Translations under genes and position numbers: made by a program | Shown here: positions 29,115 to 38,754 of the stretch, piece by piece | How the letters are laid out: the number at the start of each line of letters is the position of its first letter | How positions within the stretch are numbered: position 1 is the first letter of the stretch | Notes under the pieces: model-generated | Told to the model about the DNA's origin: nothing | The model's database searches: none | Seen by the model: the letters and a program-made list of their open reading frames with translations, nothing else | DNA from: Candidatus Aenigmatarchaeota archaeon | GTDB taxonomy: Archaea; Aenigmatarchaeota; Aenigmatarchaeia; QMZP01; QMZT01 | Length of the DNA: 58,371 nucleotides | Direction: 5' to 3' | Assembly: GCA_043808015.1 (NCBI GenBank) | Contig: JAZDFI010000030.1 | Location: 1 to 58,371, forward strand

Positions 29115-31196
29115 TTATTTGACTTTGCCTTCTATCTTCTTGTCGACCTGTACATCGCCTTCGCCAGTCCTGAGCGTCCTGTCCTTATAATACGCTTTCC
29201 CGTCTTTCGCGACGAGCTCGAATTTCGCGAAGTCCTTGATGGTCAGCTCTTTCGCCGGCCGCTTTTCGACGCCGTCGATGACGACATGCGTGCCCGGCTT
29301 GTCTTTTGAGAAAAGAACTCCGACATCCTTGCCGTCGTCAGCCGCCAGAAGCATACCCTCGGATTCGACGCCTTTAAGATTCGCTTTCTTCAGGTTGCAC
29401 ACGACGACGATGTGCTTGCCTTTCAGGTCGCTTTTCGAGTACTTGTCTTTCAGGCCCGCGACTAACGTACGTTTTTCGTCGCCCAGGTCGATTGATAGGA
29501 CGTATAGTTTCTCCGAATCAGCGATATCGTCGACTTTCTCGACTTTTGCCACGCGCAGGTCGAGCGTCGAGAACGCGTCGGAAAATTCGACTCTCTCGAT
29601 TTTCTGGAAAAGAATTTCCGGTTTGTGTACCTTGTGGTTTTCCAGTGTCTCCCTGAAATCGTCCCATTTCACATCCTTGAGATTCAGGGACTTGAATATT
29701 TTCTCTGAGAATATGGGAAGTATGGGATTGAGCGTGATGGCGAGCTTCTTGACGAGGTTCGCGGCTATCGCTAGCACCTCAGCCATGCGCACAGGGTCCT
29801 CTTTCGCGAGCTTCCATGGTGCGTTCTCCTGGAAATAGCGGTTGCCCACGTTGCTGATTTCGAGTGCGTTCTTAACCGCTTCGCGCAGGGCGAAGCCATG
29901 GTAATTTTTCTCGGCCTTTCTGACAAGATCGTCTGCGCGTTCTAGCGCCATGAGGTCAGCGTTTCTCGCGCCGGTCTTGCCTATCTTACCTTCCGCATAT
30001 TTATCGATGAAGCTCAGCGTGCGATAGCAGAAATTCGCAATGTTCCCTATGAGCTCGTTGTTGGCCCTGTTCTTGAAATCCTCGAAGCTCAGGTCGATGT
30101 CGCCGGTCGTATGGGTAAGATTCGAAGCATAATGGTAACGCAGGAATTCGGGATCGAGAATCTGCAGGTATTCGCGCGCGGTTATGAACGTCCCTCTCGA
30201 TTTTGACATCTTCTCCCCGTTCACTGTGAGGAATCCATGAACTACGACGTTGTCCGGCGTCTTGAATCCCGAGCCCATCAGAACTGCGGGCCAGAATATG
30301 AGATGGAAGTAGGCTATATCCTTCCCGATGAAATGGATTATCTGAGAATTTTTCGACTTCCAGTACGCGCCTTCAGCAGAACATTTGTGATCCTTGCAGT
30401 AATTCTCCGTAGATGCGATATACCCTATCGGCGCGTCCAGCCAGACGTAGAAATACTTGTCCTCTTCGCCCGGGATTTTGAAGCCGAAGTAAGGCGCGTC
30501 CCTTGAGACGCACCAATCCTCAAGGCCCTTGTCGATCCATGAGAGCACGTAATTCTTTATGTCGCTCTGGAGCGCTTTGTTGTCGTTGAGCCACGCGCGC
30601 AGCCGCTCGGAGAAGTCGCCAAGCCTGAAAAAATATTGCTCCGAATCTTTCATGACCGGCGTCGACTTGCATATGCCGCAGAAAGGCGATTTCAAATCGA
30701 TGGGCTTGTAAGTCGAGCCGCACGCCTCGCACACGTCGCCGTACTGGTCCTGCGCGCCGCATTTGGGGCACGTGCCTTTCACGAACCTGTCCGGGAGGAA
30801 GCGCTTGCATTTATCGCAGTAGAGCTGCCTGAGCGTTTTCTTGTAGATGTGGCCGTTGTCCTTCAGCGCCTTGAAAATCGTGCGCGTGAACGCTTCGTTT
30901 TCTTTCGAATGGGTTGTGTAATAGCTGTCAAAATGTATGAGAAAATCTGAAAAGTCTTTCACGTGCTGGTCATACCATGTTTTGATGAATTCCTCGGACG
31001 TCACGCCTGCCTTGAGCGCGGAAATCTCGATTGGCGTGCCGTGCGTATCGTCGGCGCAGCAGTATATCGCGTCGTGGCCGCTGAACTTCAGGAAGCGCGT
31101 GTAGATGTCCGTCTCTATGTATTCCACCAGATGGCCCAGATGGACGGGACCGTTCGCGTATATCAGGGCCGCGGTTATCAGCGTCTTGTCAGTCAT
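29115..31196 (-). CDS. metG: methionyl-tRNA synthetase with C-terminal tRNA-binding domain
   Basis: YANGPVHLGH, DDTHGTPI, Zn knuckles, YVWLDAPIGY, KMSKS. Confidence 0.98.
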   Translation of the reverse strand: MTDKTLITAALIYANGPVHLGHLVEYIETDIYTRFLKFSGHDAIYCCADDTHGTPIEISALKAGVTSEEFIKTWYDQHVKDFSDFLIHFDSYYTTHSKENEAFTRTIFKALKDNGHIYKKTLRQLYCDKCKRFLPDRFVKGTCPKCGAQDQYGDVCEACGSTYKPIDLKSPFCGICKSTPVMKDSEQYFFRLGDFSERLRAWLNDNKALQSDIKNYVLSWIDKGLEDWCVSRDAPYFGFKIPGEEDKYFYVWLDAPIGYIASTENYCKDHKCSAEGAYWKSKNSQIIHFIGKDIAYFHLIFWPAVLMGSGFKTPDNVVVHGFLTVNGEKMSKSRGTFITAREYLQILDPEFLRYHYASNLTHTTGDIDLSFEDFKNRANNELIGNIANFCYRTLSFIDKYAEGKIGKTGARNADLMALERADDLVRKAEKNYHGFALREAVKNALEISNVGNRYFQENAPWKLAKEDPVRMAEVLAIAANLVKKLAITLNPILPIFSEKIFKSLNLKDVKWDDFRETLENHKVHKPEILFQKIERVEFSDAFSTLDLRVAKVEKVDDIADSEKLYVLSIDLGDEKRTLVAGLKDKYSKSDLKGKHIVVVCNLKKANLKGVESEGMLLAADDGKDVGVLFSKDKPGTHVVIDGVEKRPAKELTIKDFAKFELVAKDGKAYYKDRTLRTGEGDVQVDKKIEGKVK

Positions 31197-31232
31197 ATCA
31201 AATAGTTTTCGTTGTTTACTTAAAAAATGATT

Positions 31233-31254
31233 TGCGCGCGAAATGCGCGCGAAA
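31233..31254. repeat. 11-bp tandem repeat / GC hairpin in a divergent intergenic region
   Basis: TGCGCGCGAAA x2, also foldable as a stem-loop. Confidence 0.5.
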
Positions 31255-31316
31255 GCGTTCCGTAAGGATAAATAACTAAATAATTATTATTATTCTGGCG
31301 AAAGCGGTTTGATTTT

Positions 31317-32876
31317 ATGACAGACGAGATACAGAAAATTGTGATGGAAGCGGAGAGGGCGAAAGTCTGGCTGAAAGAAGCGGACCACGTGCGCGTCGTG
31401 TCGCATTATGATGCCGACGGCATCACGTCCGCGTCGATAATGACTAAAACGCTCGTCCGCATGGGCAAGGACTTCCATTTGTCGATGGTCAAGCAGCTTA
31501 GCAGTCGCGTTCTCGAATCACTGGCAAGCGAGAAGCGGAGCCTCTACGTATTCCTTGACATGGGCTCCGGCCAGATAGAGGGGATAAAGACGGCTCTAGC
31601 GCACGCGAAGGTCATAATCTGCGACCATCACCAGCCCGGTGGCGTCGCTAACGAGAGCGTTGTCCACATAAACTCGACGCTCGCCGGCATAGAGAACAGC
31701 ATTTCCGGCTCTGGGGTGACGTATCTTTTCAGCAAGACGCTCAACCCTATAAACGAGGACCTCAGCCCGCTTGCGGTCATAGGCGCGATAGGCGATTCGC
31801 AGATAGACGCCATAGGCCTCAACTGGGGCCTGAGCGGTCCGAACAAGATAATTCTCAAAAGCGCAGAGGCGCAGAAAAAGATTCGCGTCTCGAAAGGCCT
31901 GCGGCTATGGGGACGTTATACGCGGCCGCTGCACAAAGCGCTTGCATACTCCATCGATCCGCACATTCCTGGGATAAGCGGCTCCGAGTCGGCGAGCATA
32001 CAATTCCTCACGGACCTGGGCATCCCGACGAAGAAAGGCGATGACTGGAGGACTATCGCCGACCTGACGACGGATGAGCAGAAAACGCTCGCGAGCGGCA
32101 TGATAAAGGAGCGCGTCCGAGCAAACCAGGAGAACCCCGAATACATATTCGGCGACGTTTACGACCTGCTCGACAAGGAAGGCGATTTCCGGGACGCGAA
32201 TGAATTTGCCACTATACTCAACGCCTGCGGCAAGATGGGCCAGGCGAGCCTCGGCGTGGCGCTGTGCCTCAATGTCAAAGACGCTTTCGTGAAAGTGAAG
32301 GATATATTCGAAAGCTATCGCCGGGAGATTGGCAAAGGCGTGAGCTGGATCGAAACAAACCTTAAAAACTCTGACATAGTAAAAGATATGAACGGCGTTT
32401 ACGTTTTCGCCGGCGACAACGTTTCGGAACACATGATTTCGAACGTCATTTCGGTCATAAGCCATTCCGGCCTGCTGCCCGTAAAGCCGCTGTTCGGCAT
32501 AGCGAACGCGGAGGACGGGATAAAAATATCGGCCAGGGCGCACAACTCGCTAGTGGATAACGGCCTCAAGCTCAACGAGATAATGAGTTCCGTCGCTGGT
32601 CAGCTCGGCGGCGAAGGGGGCGGCCACATGGGAGCCGCGGCGGCCGTCATACCTCGGGAAAGGCAGGAGGAATTTATAAATATGACCGAACTAATACTAA
32701 CATCTATTATTGGTGAAAATAATGGGCATGAAGAACAAGCCAAAACTGAAGGAAGATGCGGAAGTCCAGAAGAAAGAAGCGACTCTCGAGAAGGAAGCCA
32801 CTCCGGACCAGGTGGAAGAGAAGATACAACTCAAAAAATGGAAAGGAAAGGACTGGTTCAATATATTGGCTCCTAG
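31317..32876 (+). CDS. recJ: DHH-family phosphoesterase, archaeal RecJ/Cdc45-like (GAN-type)
   Basis: HYDADG, DMGSG, DHH, SGSG, GAIGD, EFATILNACG, GGGH; next to S3ae. Confidence 0.88.
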   Translation: MTDEIQKIVMEAERAKVWLKEADHVRVVSHYDADGITSASIMTKTLVRMGKDFHLSMVKQLSSRVLESLASEKRSLYVFLDMGSGQIEGIKTALAHAKVIICDHHQPGGVANESVVHINSTLAGIENSISGSGVTYLFSKTLNPINEDLSPLAVIGAIGDSQIDAIGLNWGLSGPNKIILKSAEAQKKIRVSKGLRLWGRYTRPLHKALAYSIDPHIPGISGSESASIQFLTDLGIPTKKGDDWRTIADLTTDEQKTLASGMIKERVRANQENPEYIFGDVYDLLDKEGDFRDANEFATILNACGKMGQASLGVALCLNVKDAFVKVKDIFESYRREIGKGVSWIETNLKNSDIVKDMNGVYVFAGDNVSEHMISNVISVISHSGLLPVKPLFGIANAEDGIKISARAHNSLVDNGLKLNEIMSSVAGQLGGEGGGHMGAAAAVIPRERQEEFINMTELILTSIIGENNGHEEQAKTEGRCGSPEERSDSREGSHSGPGGREDTTQKMERKGLVQYIGS

Positions 32877-33546
32877 GGAGCTCGGATCGAAGCTTCTCGG
32901 ACAGTCGCCAGCGACGGATTCCAAGACACTCATAGGCAGGACCATGGAATTCGGCGCTGCAGAAATCACGGGCGACAATTCCAAGTATTACATGAAACTC
33001 AACGTCAGGATTATCAACGTCGAGGGCAGGACATGCAACACGTCGTTCAACGGCTTCGAATGCACCCGCGACCACCTGCTCAGGATGGTCAGGAAGAGAA
33101 ACCAGAAAGTAGAGACGGTCATAGACGTCTCGACGAAAGACGGCTGGATTCTCAGAATGAAGCCGTGGACAATCCTTAATGGCAAACCGCCCACGAAGGT
33201 CGAAACGAAGGTGCGACACTTCGTAATGAACTTCTTCAACGACGTCGCCTCCAAGAGCAACATGAACGACATGCTGAGGAAGATACTCACGACCGAGATG
33301 CAGATGATGCTCAAGAAATCGGGCAGCAAGATTTACCCGATTCGTTTTTCTGAAGTGGCCAGGATAAAGGTGATCAAGTCGCCTGAGTTCGTGCCTGAGA
33401 CGATAGCGCCAGCCGAGGAAGTTAAGGCAGAAGCAGCAGAAGCCAATGAAAAACCGGCCAAGAAGGAAAAGAAAAAGGTACCCAAAAAAGAGAAAGCCGA
33501 GAAGGCCGAAGAAAAGGAAAGCAAGAAAAAGCCTGAAGCCGAATAA
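32722..33546 (+). CDS. rps3ae: 30S ribosomal protein S3ae (eS1)
   Basis: KWKGKDWFNILAP, LIGRT.E, TKDG, KIYPIRF.EV; GGTGA SD 5 nt before ATG 32722. Confidence 0.92.
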   Translation: MGMKNKPKLKEDAEVQKKEATLEKEATPDQVEEKIQLKKWKGKDWFNILAPRELGSKLLGQSPATDSKTLIGRTMEFGAAEITGDNSKYYMKLNVRIINVEGRTCNTSFNGFECTRDHLLRMVRKRNQKVETVIDVSTKDGWILRMKPWTILNGKPPTKVETKVRHFVMNFFNDVASKSNMNDMLRKILTTEMQMMLKKSGSKIYPIRFSEVARIKVIKSPEFVPETIAPAEEVKAEAAEANEKPAKKEKKKVPKKEKAEKAEEKESKKKPEAE

Positions 33547-33551
33547 ATAAC

Positions 33552-34343
33552 ATGGCTGATTCATCCGTTCTGAAAAAAGGCGTTGTCCTGATAGACAAAC
33601 CTGCAGGCATGACCAGCTTCGACGTCGTCGAGGAAACGTGCAAACTTCTGGGAGCCAGCCGCGGCGGCCACACGGGCACTCTGGACCCGAACGTAACGGG
33701 CCTCATGCTCGTCGCCCTCGAGGAAGCGAGGAAGGCGATGCCCGTTCTTTTCGGCATGGACAAGGCGTACGTTGGTAAAATGCTGCTGCATCAGGACGTG
33801 GATCGTGAGGCGCTGGTTGCTGCGTTCGAGAAGTTCACAGGCGAGATTTTGCAGATGCCGCCCGTCAAGTCGCGCGTCGCGCGCGTCGAGCGCAAGCGGA
33901 CGGTGCGCTCGCTAGAACTATTGAAACTCGAAGGCCGCGAAGCCGAGTTTCACGTCGTGTGCGAGGCGGGGACGTACATCCGCAAGCTGGTCCACGACAT
34001 CGGCCAGTCGCTAGCATGCGGCGCGCACATGACCGAGCTGCGCAGGACGAAGATTGGCCCTTTCGATATAAGCGAGGCCGTGCATCTTTCCATGCTGACC
34101 GAAAAGAACGTCATGCCGCTGGAAAAGATTCTGGAGCGCCTGAAGCTGAAAAAAGTCGTCGTCAAAGACGAAGCACTCGCTAAAATAAGGAACGGCAGCC
34201 CTGTTTTCAGCGACATGATAGTTAAGAGCGACATCCTCGCCGAAAACGAGATGGCAGGCATTTTCGACAAAAACGGTTCCATAATAGCGCTGGCTAAGAA
34301 CGCTGGCGATAAGATAAAGACGGAAAGAGTATTCCTCCTTTAG
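33552..34343 (+). CDS. cbf5: RNA-guided pseudouridine synthase Cbf5 (TruB family)
   Basis: IDKPAG.TS, GHTGTLDP.VTG, QMPPVKS, CEAGTYIRKL, ELRR, PUA-like C-terminus. Confidence 0.93.
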   Translation: MADSSVLKKGVVLIDKPAGMTSFDVVEETCKLLGASRGGHTGTLDPNVTGLMLVALEEARKAMPVLFGMDKAYVGKMLLHQDVDREALVAAFEKFTGEILQMPPVKSRVARVERKRTVRSLELLKLEGREAEFHVVCEAGTYIRKLVHDIGQSLACGAHMTELRRTKIGPFDISEAVHLSMLTEKNVMPLEKILERLKLKKVVVKDEALAKIRNGSPVFSDMIVKSDILAENEMAGIFDKNGSIIALAKNAGDKIKTERVFLL

Positions 34344-34398
34344 GTTTCGCCCGTCATCTAACAAATAAAAAGAATCACTAGTATTATTATCACATCAA

Positions 34399-34510
34399 GC
34401 CTCGGTGGCTCAGTGGTAATTTCGAAGGAAGCAGGTTTTACCTGCTTCAGTCGCTAAAGAGCGTTCGCTTGGTAAGCGAAAGGTCGCGAGTTCAATTCTC
34501 GCCCGGGGCT
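34399..34510 (+). tRNA. tRNA-Thr(GGT) with a 40-nt D-loop intron (34418-34457, position 20/21)
   Basis: Acceptor GCCTCGG/CCGGGGC, anticodon arm TTCGC-TTGGTAA-GCGAA. Strict BHB: GCTC/GAGC outer helix, AGTG/CGCT central helix, GT|A and AA|A bulges, restoring GCTCAGTGGTAGAGC. Confidence 0.93.
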
Positions 34511-34592
34511 TTCCATTTTTAATTTTCAAAATTCTCATAAAACCAATTACCAATATAAGAGAGTCACGCCAAATATTAATTGGGGTGTTTTT

Positions 34593-34685
34593 ATGTGTCC
34601 TTGTGGTAGAAAGCGCAAGAAAAAGAAAATCAAAAAACACAAGCTCAAGAAGAGACGAAAAAAGATGCGCCACCGAAAGAAGTGA
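34593..34685 (+). CDS. 30-aa highly basic protein, bS22/mS38 (AURKAIP1/COX24-domain)-like putative ribosomal protein
   Basis: MCPCGRKRKKKKIKKHKLKKRRKKMRHRKK*; GGGGTG SD-like motif just upstream; below the ORF-track size cut-off. Confidence 0.7.
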   Translation: MCPCGRKRKKKKIKKHKLKKRRKKMRHRKK

Positions 34686-34743
34686 TGTTTTTAACTACTT
34701 ACTGAAGATAAAAACATTTAAATACTGAAATCAACACTAAACC

Positions 34744-35457
34744 ATGCAATACAGGCCAGAACTTATACTGCTGGTCAATTTCGGGGAATACAACCAAGGC
34801 AGAAAAACTTCGCCCGCAGTAGACTTGATACCACTTCTCGATTTCGGCGGATTAGGCTATGCCGCCGATTTTTTAGCTAATCCGGAAGGCCTGAAAAATC
34901 TCGCTCCTTACGACAGAAGACAGATAGATAATGTCATCGACGCTTACAAAAAATTCGACGTCAAAATAAAATGCGTGGGCAAATACGGCGAATGCAAGGA
35001 GCCAGCCCAGAAAGTCGCTCTCGCTTGGGAGCATGTTCACAAGCATGAAAAACAAAGTGGCCCTGAAATAAGAGTCCAGCTTGACGTTAAGGACAGGCCT
35101 TTTTATTGTGGCGATTGTGCTGAAGAATTCAAATACAACATATCAGATGGCAATACAATGGAGTTCCCTATAAATTTCGGCATACTTGGTTCACATCCGC
35201 AAGACTGGAATCTAGACAGGACTCGCTTGCACATGGCTCTCAAAAAAATAGCATACCAGCTCATAGAGCAGACGGCCGATGATTTGATAGACACTTCAAG
35301 GATGAAGAAACCTGAAAGAATGGAAATAAGCAATCAGCAGGCCAAGAAAATAGTCAACAGACTTCTGCGTGCTCCTGTGAACATGAGTCTTTTTGGAAAA
35401 GAAGAATACACGGAAAGGCCACTTTATCGCATAACCAGAAACCCACGTTGCGGATGA
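34744..35457 (+). CDS. hypothetical protein
   Basis: 237-aa ORF with a TTTAAATA box about 20 nt upstream; contains C..C and CGDC; no family recognised. Confidence 0.7.
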   Translation: MQYRPELILLVNFGEYNQGRKTSPAVDLIPLLDFGGLGYAADFLANPEGLKNLAPYDRRQIDNVIDAYKKFDVKIKCVGKYGECKEPAQKVALAWEHVHKHEKQSGPEIRVQLDVKDRPFYCGDCAEEFKYNISDGNTMEFPINFGILGSHPQDWNLDRTRLHMALKKIAYQLIEQTADDLIDTSRMKKPERMEISNQQAKKIVNRLLRAPVNMSLFGKEEYTERPLYRITRNPRCG

Positions 35458-35491
35458 AAAGATTTAAAGCACCTTCTGACAACTTTATAGA

Positions 35492-35743
35492 ATGAACGAC
35501 CTTAATGTTTCGAGAATATCGCTGAGCGTCCACACCGTTGCCGGCATACTGGCCGGATACGCTTCTCACGTTCTGGTCAGCAGCTACTATGCATTCGGCG
35601 CCATGCTGGCAATACTGCTCATCACCGGATACGGGACTGAGTTCGTATTGAAGAAGAAAGGCATCAAGTGGTGGATGGCGAACGGCGGCGCGCTTTACAT
35701 AATGGTCTGGCTCATAAGCTGGATTTTCCTTTTCAACATGTAA
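35492..35743 (+). CDS. archaeal EMC6-like three-TM membrane protein
   Basis: 83 aa, three TM helices, H...GI.AGY.S N-terminus and KWW.ANG...YI.VWL.SWI.LFN C-terminus resembling archaeal EMC6-like proteins. Confidence 0.65.
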   Translation: MNDLNVSRISLSVHTVAGILAGYASHVLVSSYYAFGAMLAILLITGYGTEFVLKKKGIKWWMANGGALYIMVWLISWIFLFNM

Positions 35744-35760
35744 TTCGCTGGAGGGGTTTA

Positions 35761-36711
35761 ATGGTGCACCTTGGCAAGAAGGAAACGCAGTTCTATCTTT
35801 TCGCAGGCAAAGGCGGCGTCGGCAAGACCAGCATCGCCGCTGCGACGGCTCTTTATTTTGCAGGGAAGAAAAAGAAGACGCTGATAATATCGACTGACCC
35901 GGCGCATTCGCTCACAGATTCTTTCGAGAAGAAGATAGGCGGGGATATCGTCGATGTGAGCAGGAACCTCTCTGCGGTGGAAATTGATCCGAAGAAAGCG
36001 ATGGAGGAATACAAGCAGAAAATAGCTCCCAAGATGGACAAACTCGATTTTCTCAAAGGCCTGGACCTTGGCGACGCTTTCGACTTCGCAGGCAACACTC
36101 CGGGCATAGACGAGCTCGCCGCTTTCGACAAGTTCATGCAGTACATGCAGTCGAAAGAGTACGACGTCATCGTTTTCGATACCGCGCCCTTCGGGCATAC
36201 GCTGCGCTTCCTCTCGCTTCCCGACCTGCTCGACTCCTGGGTGGGCAAGATGATAAACATCCGGCTGAAACTGTCCGGCATGATGAACATGTTCAAGAAG
36301 TTCGTGCCCTTCGGCGACGCCGGTGACGACTCAAAACTGGGCACAGAGCAGCTGGAGCTGGTCAAAACGCGCATCGCTGAGGCGAGAAAGATACTCGGCG
36401 ACAAAAAACGCACGCGTTTCAACCTGGTTTTGATTCCCGAGGCGATGAGCATTTACGAATCCGAGCGCTCCGTCAAGACGCTCGCCGAATACGGCATACC
36501 TGTCAATTCGATTTACGTGAACCAGCTCATCCCGGAGAACACGAAATGCGCGTTCTGCAGCGAACGGCGAAAGATGCAGCAAGAGCGGCTGAAGGAGATT
36601 CGCTCGAAGTTCAAAGGCCTCAGCGTCGCGCAGGTTCCGCTCTACAACAGGGAAGTCAAAGGCATGAGCATGCTGGCGACCGTCGGGAAGGAACTTTACA
36701 GCAAGCAGTGA
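35761..36711 (+). CDS. Get3/TRC40-like ArsA-family ATPase
   Basis: GKGGVGKT, STDPAHS, PGIDE, DTAPFGHT, Met-rich insert, CAFC motif; single ATPase domain; GGAGG SD before ATG 35761. Confidence 0.88.
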   Translation: MVHLGKKETQFYLFAGKGGVGKTSIAAATALYFAGKKKKTLIISTDPAHSLTDSFEKKIGGDIVDVSRNLSAVEIDPKKAMEEYKQKIAPKMDKLDFLKGLDLGDAFDFAGNTPGIDELAAFDKFMQYMQSKEYDVIVFDTAPFGHTLRFLSLPDLLDSWVGKMINIRLKLSGMMNMFKKFVPFGDAGDDSKLGTEQLELVKTRIAEARKILGDKKRTRFNLVLIPEAMSIYESERSVKTLAEYGIPVNSIYVNQLIPENTKCAFCSERRKMQQERLKEIRSKFKGLSVAQVPLYNREVKGMSMLATVGKELYSKQ

Positions 36712-36759
36712 ATATGAGATTGAAATTACTTTATAAATGCTACTTTTAGATAGTAAAAT

Positions 36760-37407
36760 ATGATTATAAATATACGCGATGTGCCGGAGTCAAAATACGT
36801 TAATACAATGATGTTTCTGACCGAAACCGGGAGCAATTATGAAAAATACATGAGTGATTATCACCCTGAAATCAGAATCGGCTCCGCCATGCTATATTCA
36901 AACGTGTTCATAAAAATGCTCGGCCTTCTCGGAAGCTCCGAAGGTAAAAGCTTCATTGAAATCGGCTGCGGTCCGGCTTATTTCTTGCACGCACTGAAAA
37001 AAATGGGAGCGGAAGTGTACGGGTTGGACATGAACGAAAACGGCGGAAATCAGCAAAAATACGGTGTAAATTTTGCCTTAAAAAACATTCTTGAATTTCC
37101 GGATGATGCTGTTCTTTCACCGCAAGACTTGTTTCCTCAAAGCCGCGTAAAAAAGTTTGATGCCCTGCTGACGAGGGATTTTCTGGAAAAATATCTATAT
37201 TTTGGCATGCAGGGTTTCAGCGAGGAAGATGTTGAAAAAATGCTTAAAATGACTAGAAATCTTTCGGACCTGCAGATACATGAGACAGGATTAAATACGT
37301 CGCTTTTGCGCGGCATTGACGTTGGTAAACTTGGGTATGACGTCTTGGATTTTGAGGAGACCTACCACCCTAATTGTGATTTACATGTATTAAAGGTGAA
37401 GACTTAA
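36760..37407 (+). CDS. class I SAM-dependent methyltransferase
   Basis: FIEIGCGPA motif I, VYGLD motif II, KFDALL. Confidence 0.75.
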   Translation: MIINIRDVPESKYVNTMMFLTETGSNYEKYMSDYHPEIRIGSAMLYSNVFIKMLGLLGSSEGKSFIEIGCGPAYFLHALKKMGAEVYGLDMNENGGNQQKYGVNFALKNILEFPDDAVLSPQDLFPQSRVKKFDALLTRDFLEKYLYFGMQGFSEEDVEKMLKMTRNLSDLQIHETGLNTSLLRGIDVGKLGYDVLDFEETYHPNCDLHVLKVKT

Positions 37408-38654
37408 GTTCCCTCTTTCCAGTCAGACAGGTAGCGCTTCTGCTCGGGAGTGAGCGAATCGATCTTCACGTTCATCGATTCGAGTTTCAGCCTCGCGACG
37501 TTCATGTCTATGTCCTCCGGGACGGTGTACACTTTCGCTGCGAGCTTGCCCCTGTTCTTCGTTATGTATTCGGCCGAAAGCGCCTGGTTGGCGAAGCTCA
37601 TGTCCATCACTTCGCTCGGATTGCCTTCTGCCGCCGCCAGATTTACAAGCCTTCCTTCAGCGAGCAGGTAGATTTTGCGGCCGCTCTTCAGCGTGTGCTC
37701 GTCTACGTTGGGCCTTATGGTTTTCTTCGATTTCGTAAGCGAATCGAGGTCCTTCTTGTTTATCTCCGCGTCGAAGTGGCCTGAATTCGCGAGAATCGCG
37801 CCGGACTTCATTTTTGCGATGTGCTCCTTTCTCACGATGTCCTTGCAGCCGGTCGCCGTCACGAATATGTCGCCGATTTCCGCTGCGCTGATGAGCGGCA
37901 TGACAGAGAAGCCGTCCATCACGGCTTCCAGCGCCTTAAGCGGGTCGACTTCCGTCACAATCACGTTCGCTCCCATGCCTTTCGCGCGCATCGCTATGCC
38001 GCGCGAGCACCATCCATAGCCTGAAACGACGAAATTCTTGCCGGTTATGAGAACGGACGTCGCGCGCAGAATGCCGTCGATGGTTGACTGGCCCGTGCCG
38101 TAGCGGTTGTCGAAAAGATGCTTCGTGTAAGCGTCGTTTATGGCAATGACAGGATATTTCAGGACGCCGTCCTTTTCCATGGCGCGGAAACGGATTACGC
38201 CCGTAGTCGTCTCTTCAGTGCCGGCCACTATGCTTTTGAGAAGCTCCGGCCTCTTGGTGATTATCCTGGTGACCAGATCGCCTCCGTCGTCCATGGTTAT
38301 GTTCGGCTTCGCGTCAAGGACCTGGTCGATGCACCAGTAGTATTCGTCATTTGTCACCCCTCTCCACGCGAAGACGTTTATTCCATCGTCAGCGAGCGCC
38401 GCAGAGACGTCGTCCTGCGTGCTCAGGGGGTTGGAACCGCATATGTAAACATTAGCTCCGCCTGCTTTCAGTGTCTTCATAAGAACCGCAGTCTCTTTCG
38501 TGACGTGTAAACAGCAGGCCAGCGTAAGGCCTTTCAGCGGCTTCTCTTTCTCGAAGCGCTTCTTGATGTTCATGAGAACGGGCATGTGATCCTCAGCCCA
38601 CATTATTTTCATCGCACCTTCTTTGGCCAGATTCATATCCTTTACCTTGCTCAT
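37404..38654 (-). CDS. ahcY: adenosylhomocysteinase
   Basis: [43 protein letters not shown]. Confidence 0.97.
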   Translation of the reverse strand: MSKVKDMNLAKEGAMKIMWAEDHMPVLMNIKKRFEKEKPLKGLTLACCLHVTKETAVLMKTLKAGGANVYICGSNPLSTQDDVSAALADDGINVFAWRGVTNDEYYWCIDQVLDAKPNITMDDGGDLVTRIITKRPELLKSIVAGTEETTTGVIRFRAMEKDGVLKYPVIAINDAYTKHLFDNRYGTGQSTIDGILRATSVLITGKNFVVSGYGWCSRGIAMRAKGMGANVIVTEVDPLKALEAVMDGFSVMPLISAAEIGDIFVTATGCKDIVRKEHIAKMKSGAILANSGHFDAEINKKDLDSLTKSKKTIRPNVDEHTLKSGRKIYLLAEGRLVNLAAAEGNPSEVMDMSFANQALSAEYITKNRGKLAAKVYTVPEDIDMNVARLKLESMNVKIDSLTPEQKRYLSDWKEGT

Positions 38655-38754
38655 AAGTCCACCCCTCTGAAATTAAAATGACCATCAGGTTTTATCCTTT
38701 TTTGCTTCAGCCTGATGTCCTACATTTAAAGTCCATAATATAAAAAATAATACT

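Noticed and set aside
34593-34685. The basic microprotein as RiPP precursor for the radical SAM enzyme
   Set aside because: It is 5.5 kb away, has no leader/core layout, and its composition fits an RNA-binding ribosomal peptide better
35761-36711. Arsenite-efflux ArsA
   Set aside because: Single domain, Get3-type CxxC and Met-rich insert, and no arsB/arsC/arsR/arsD neighbours
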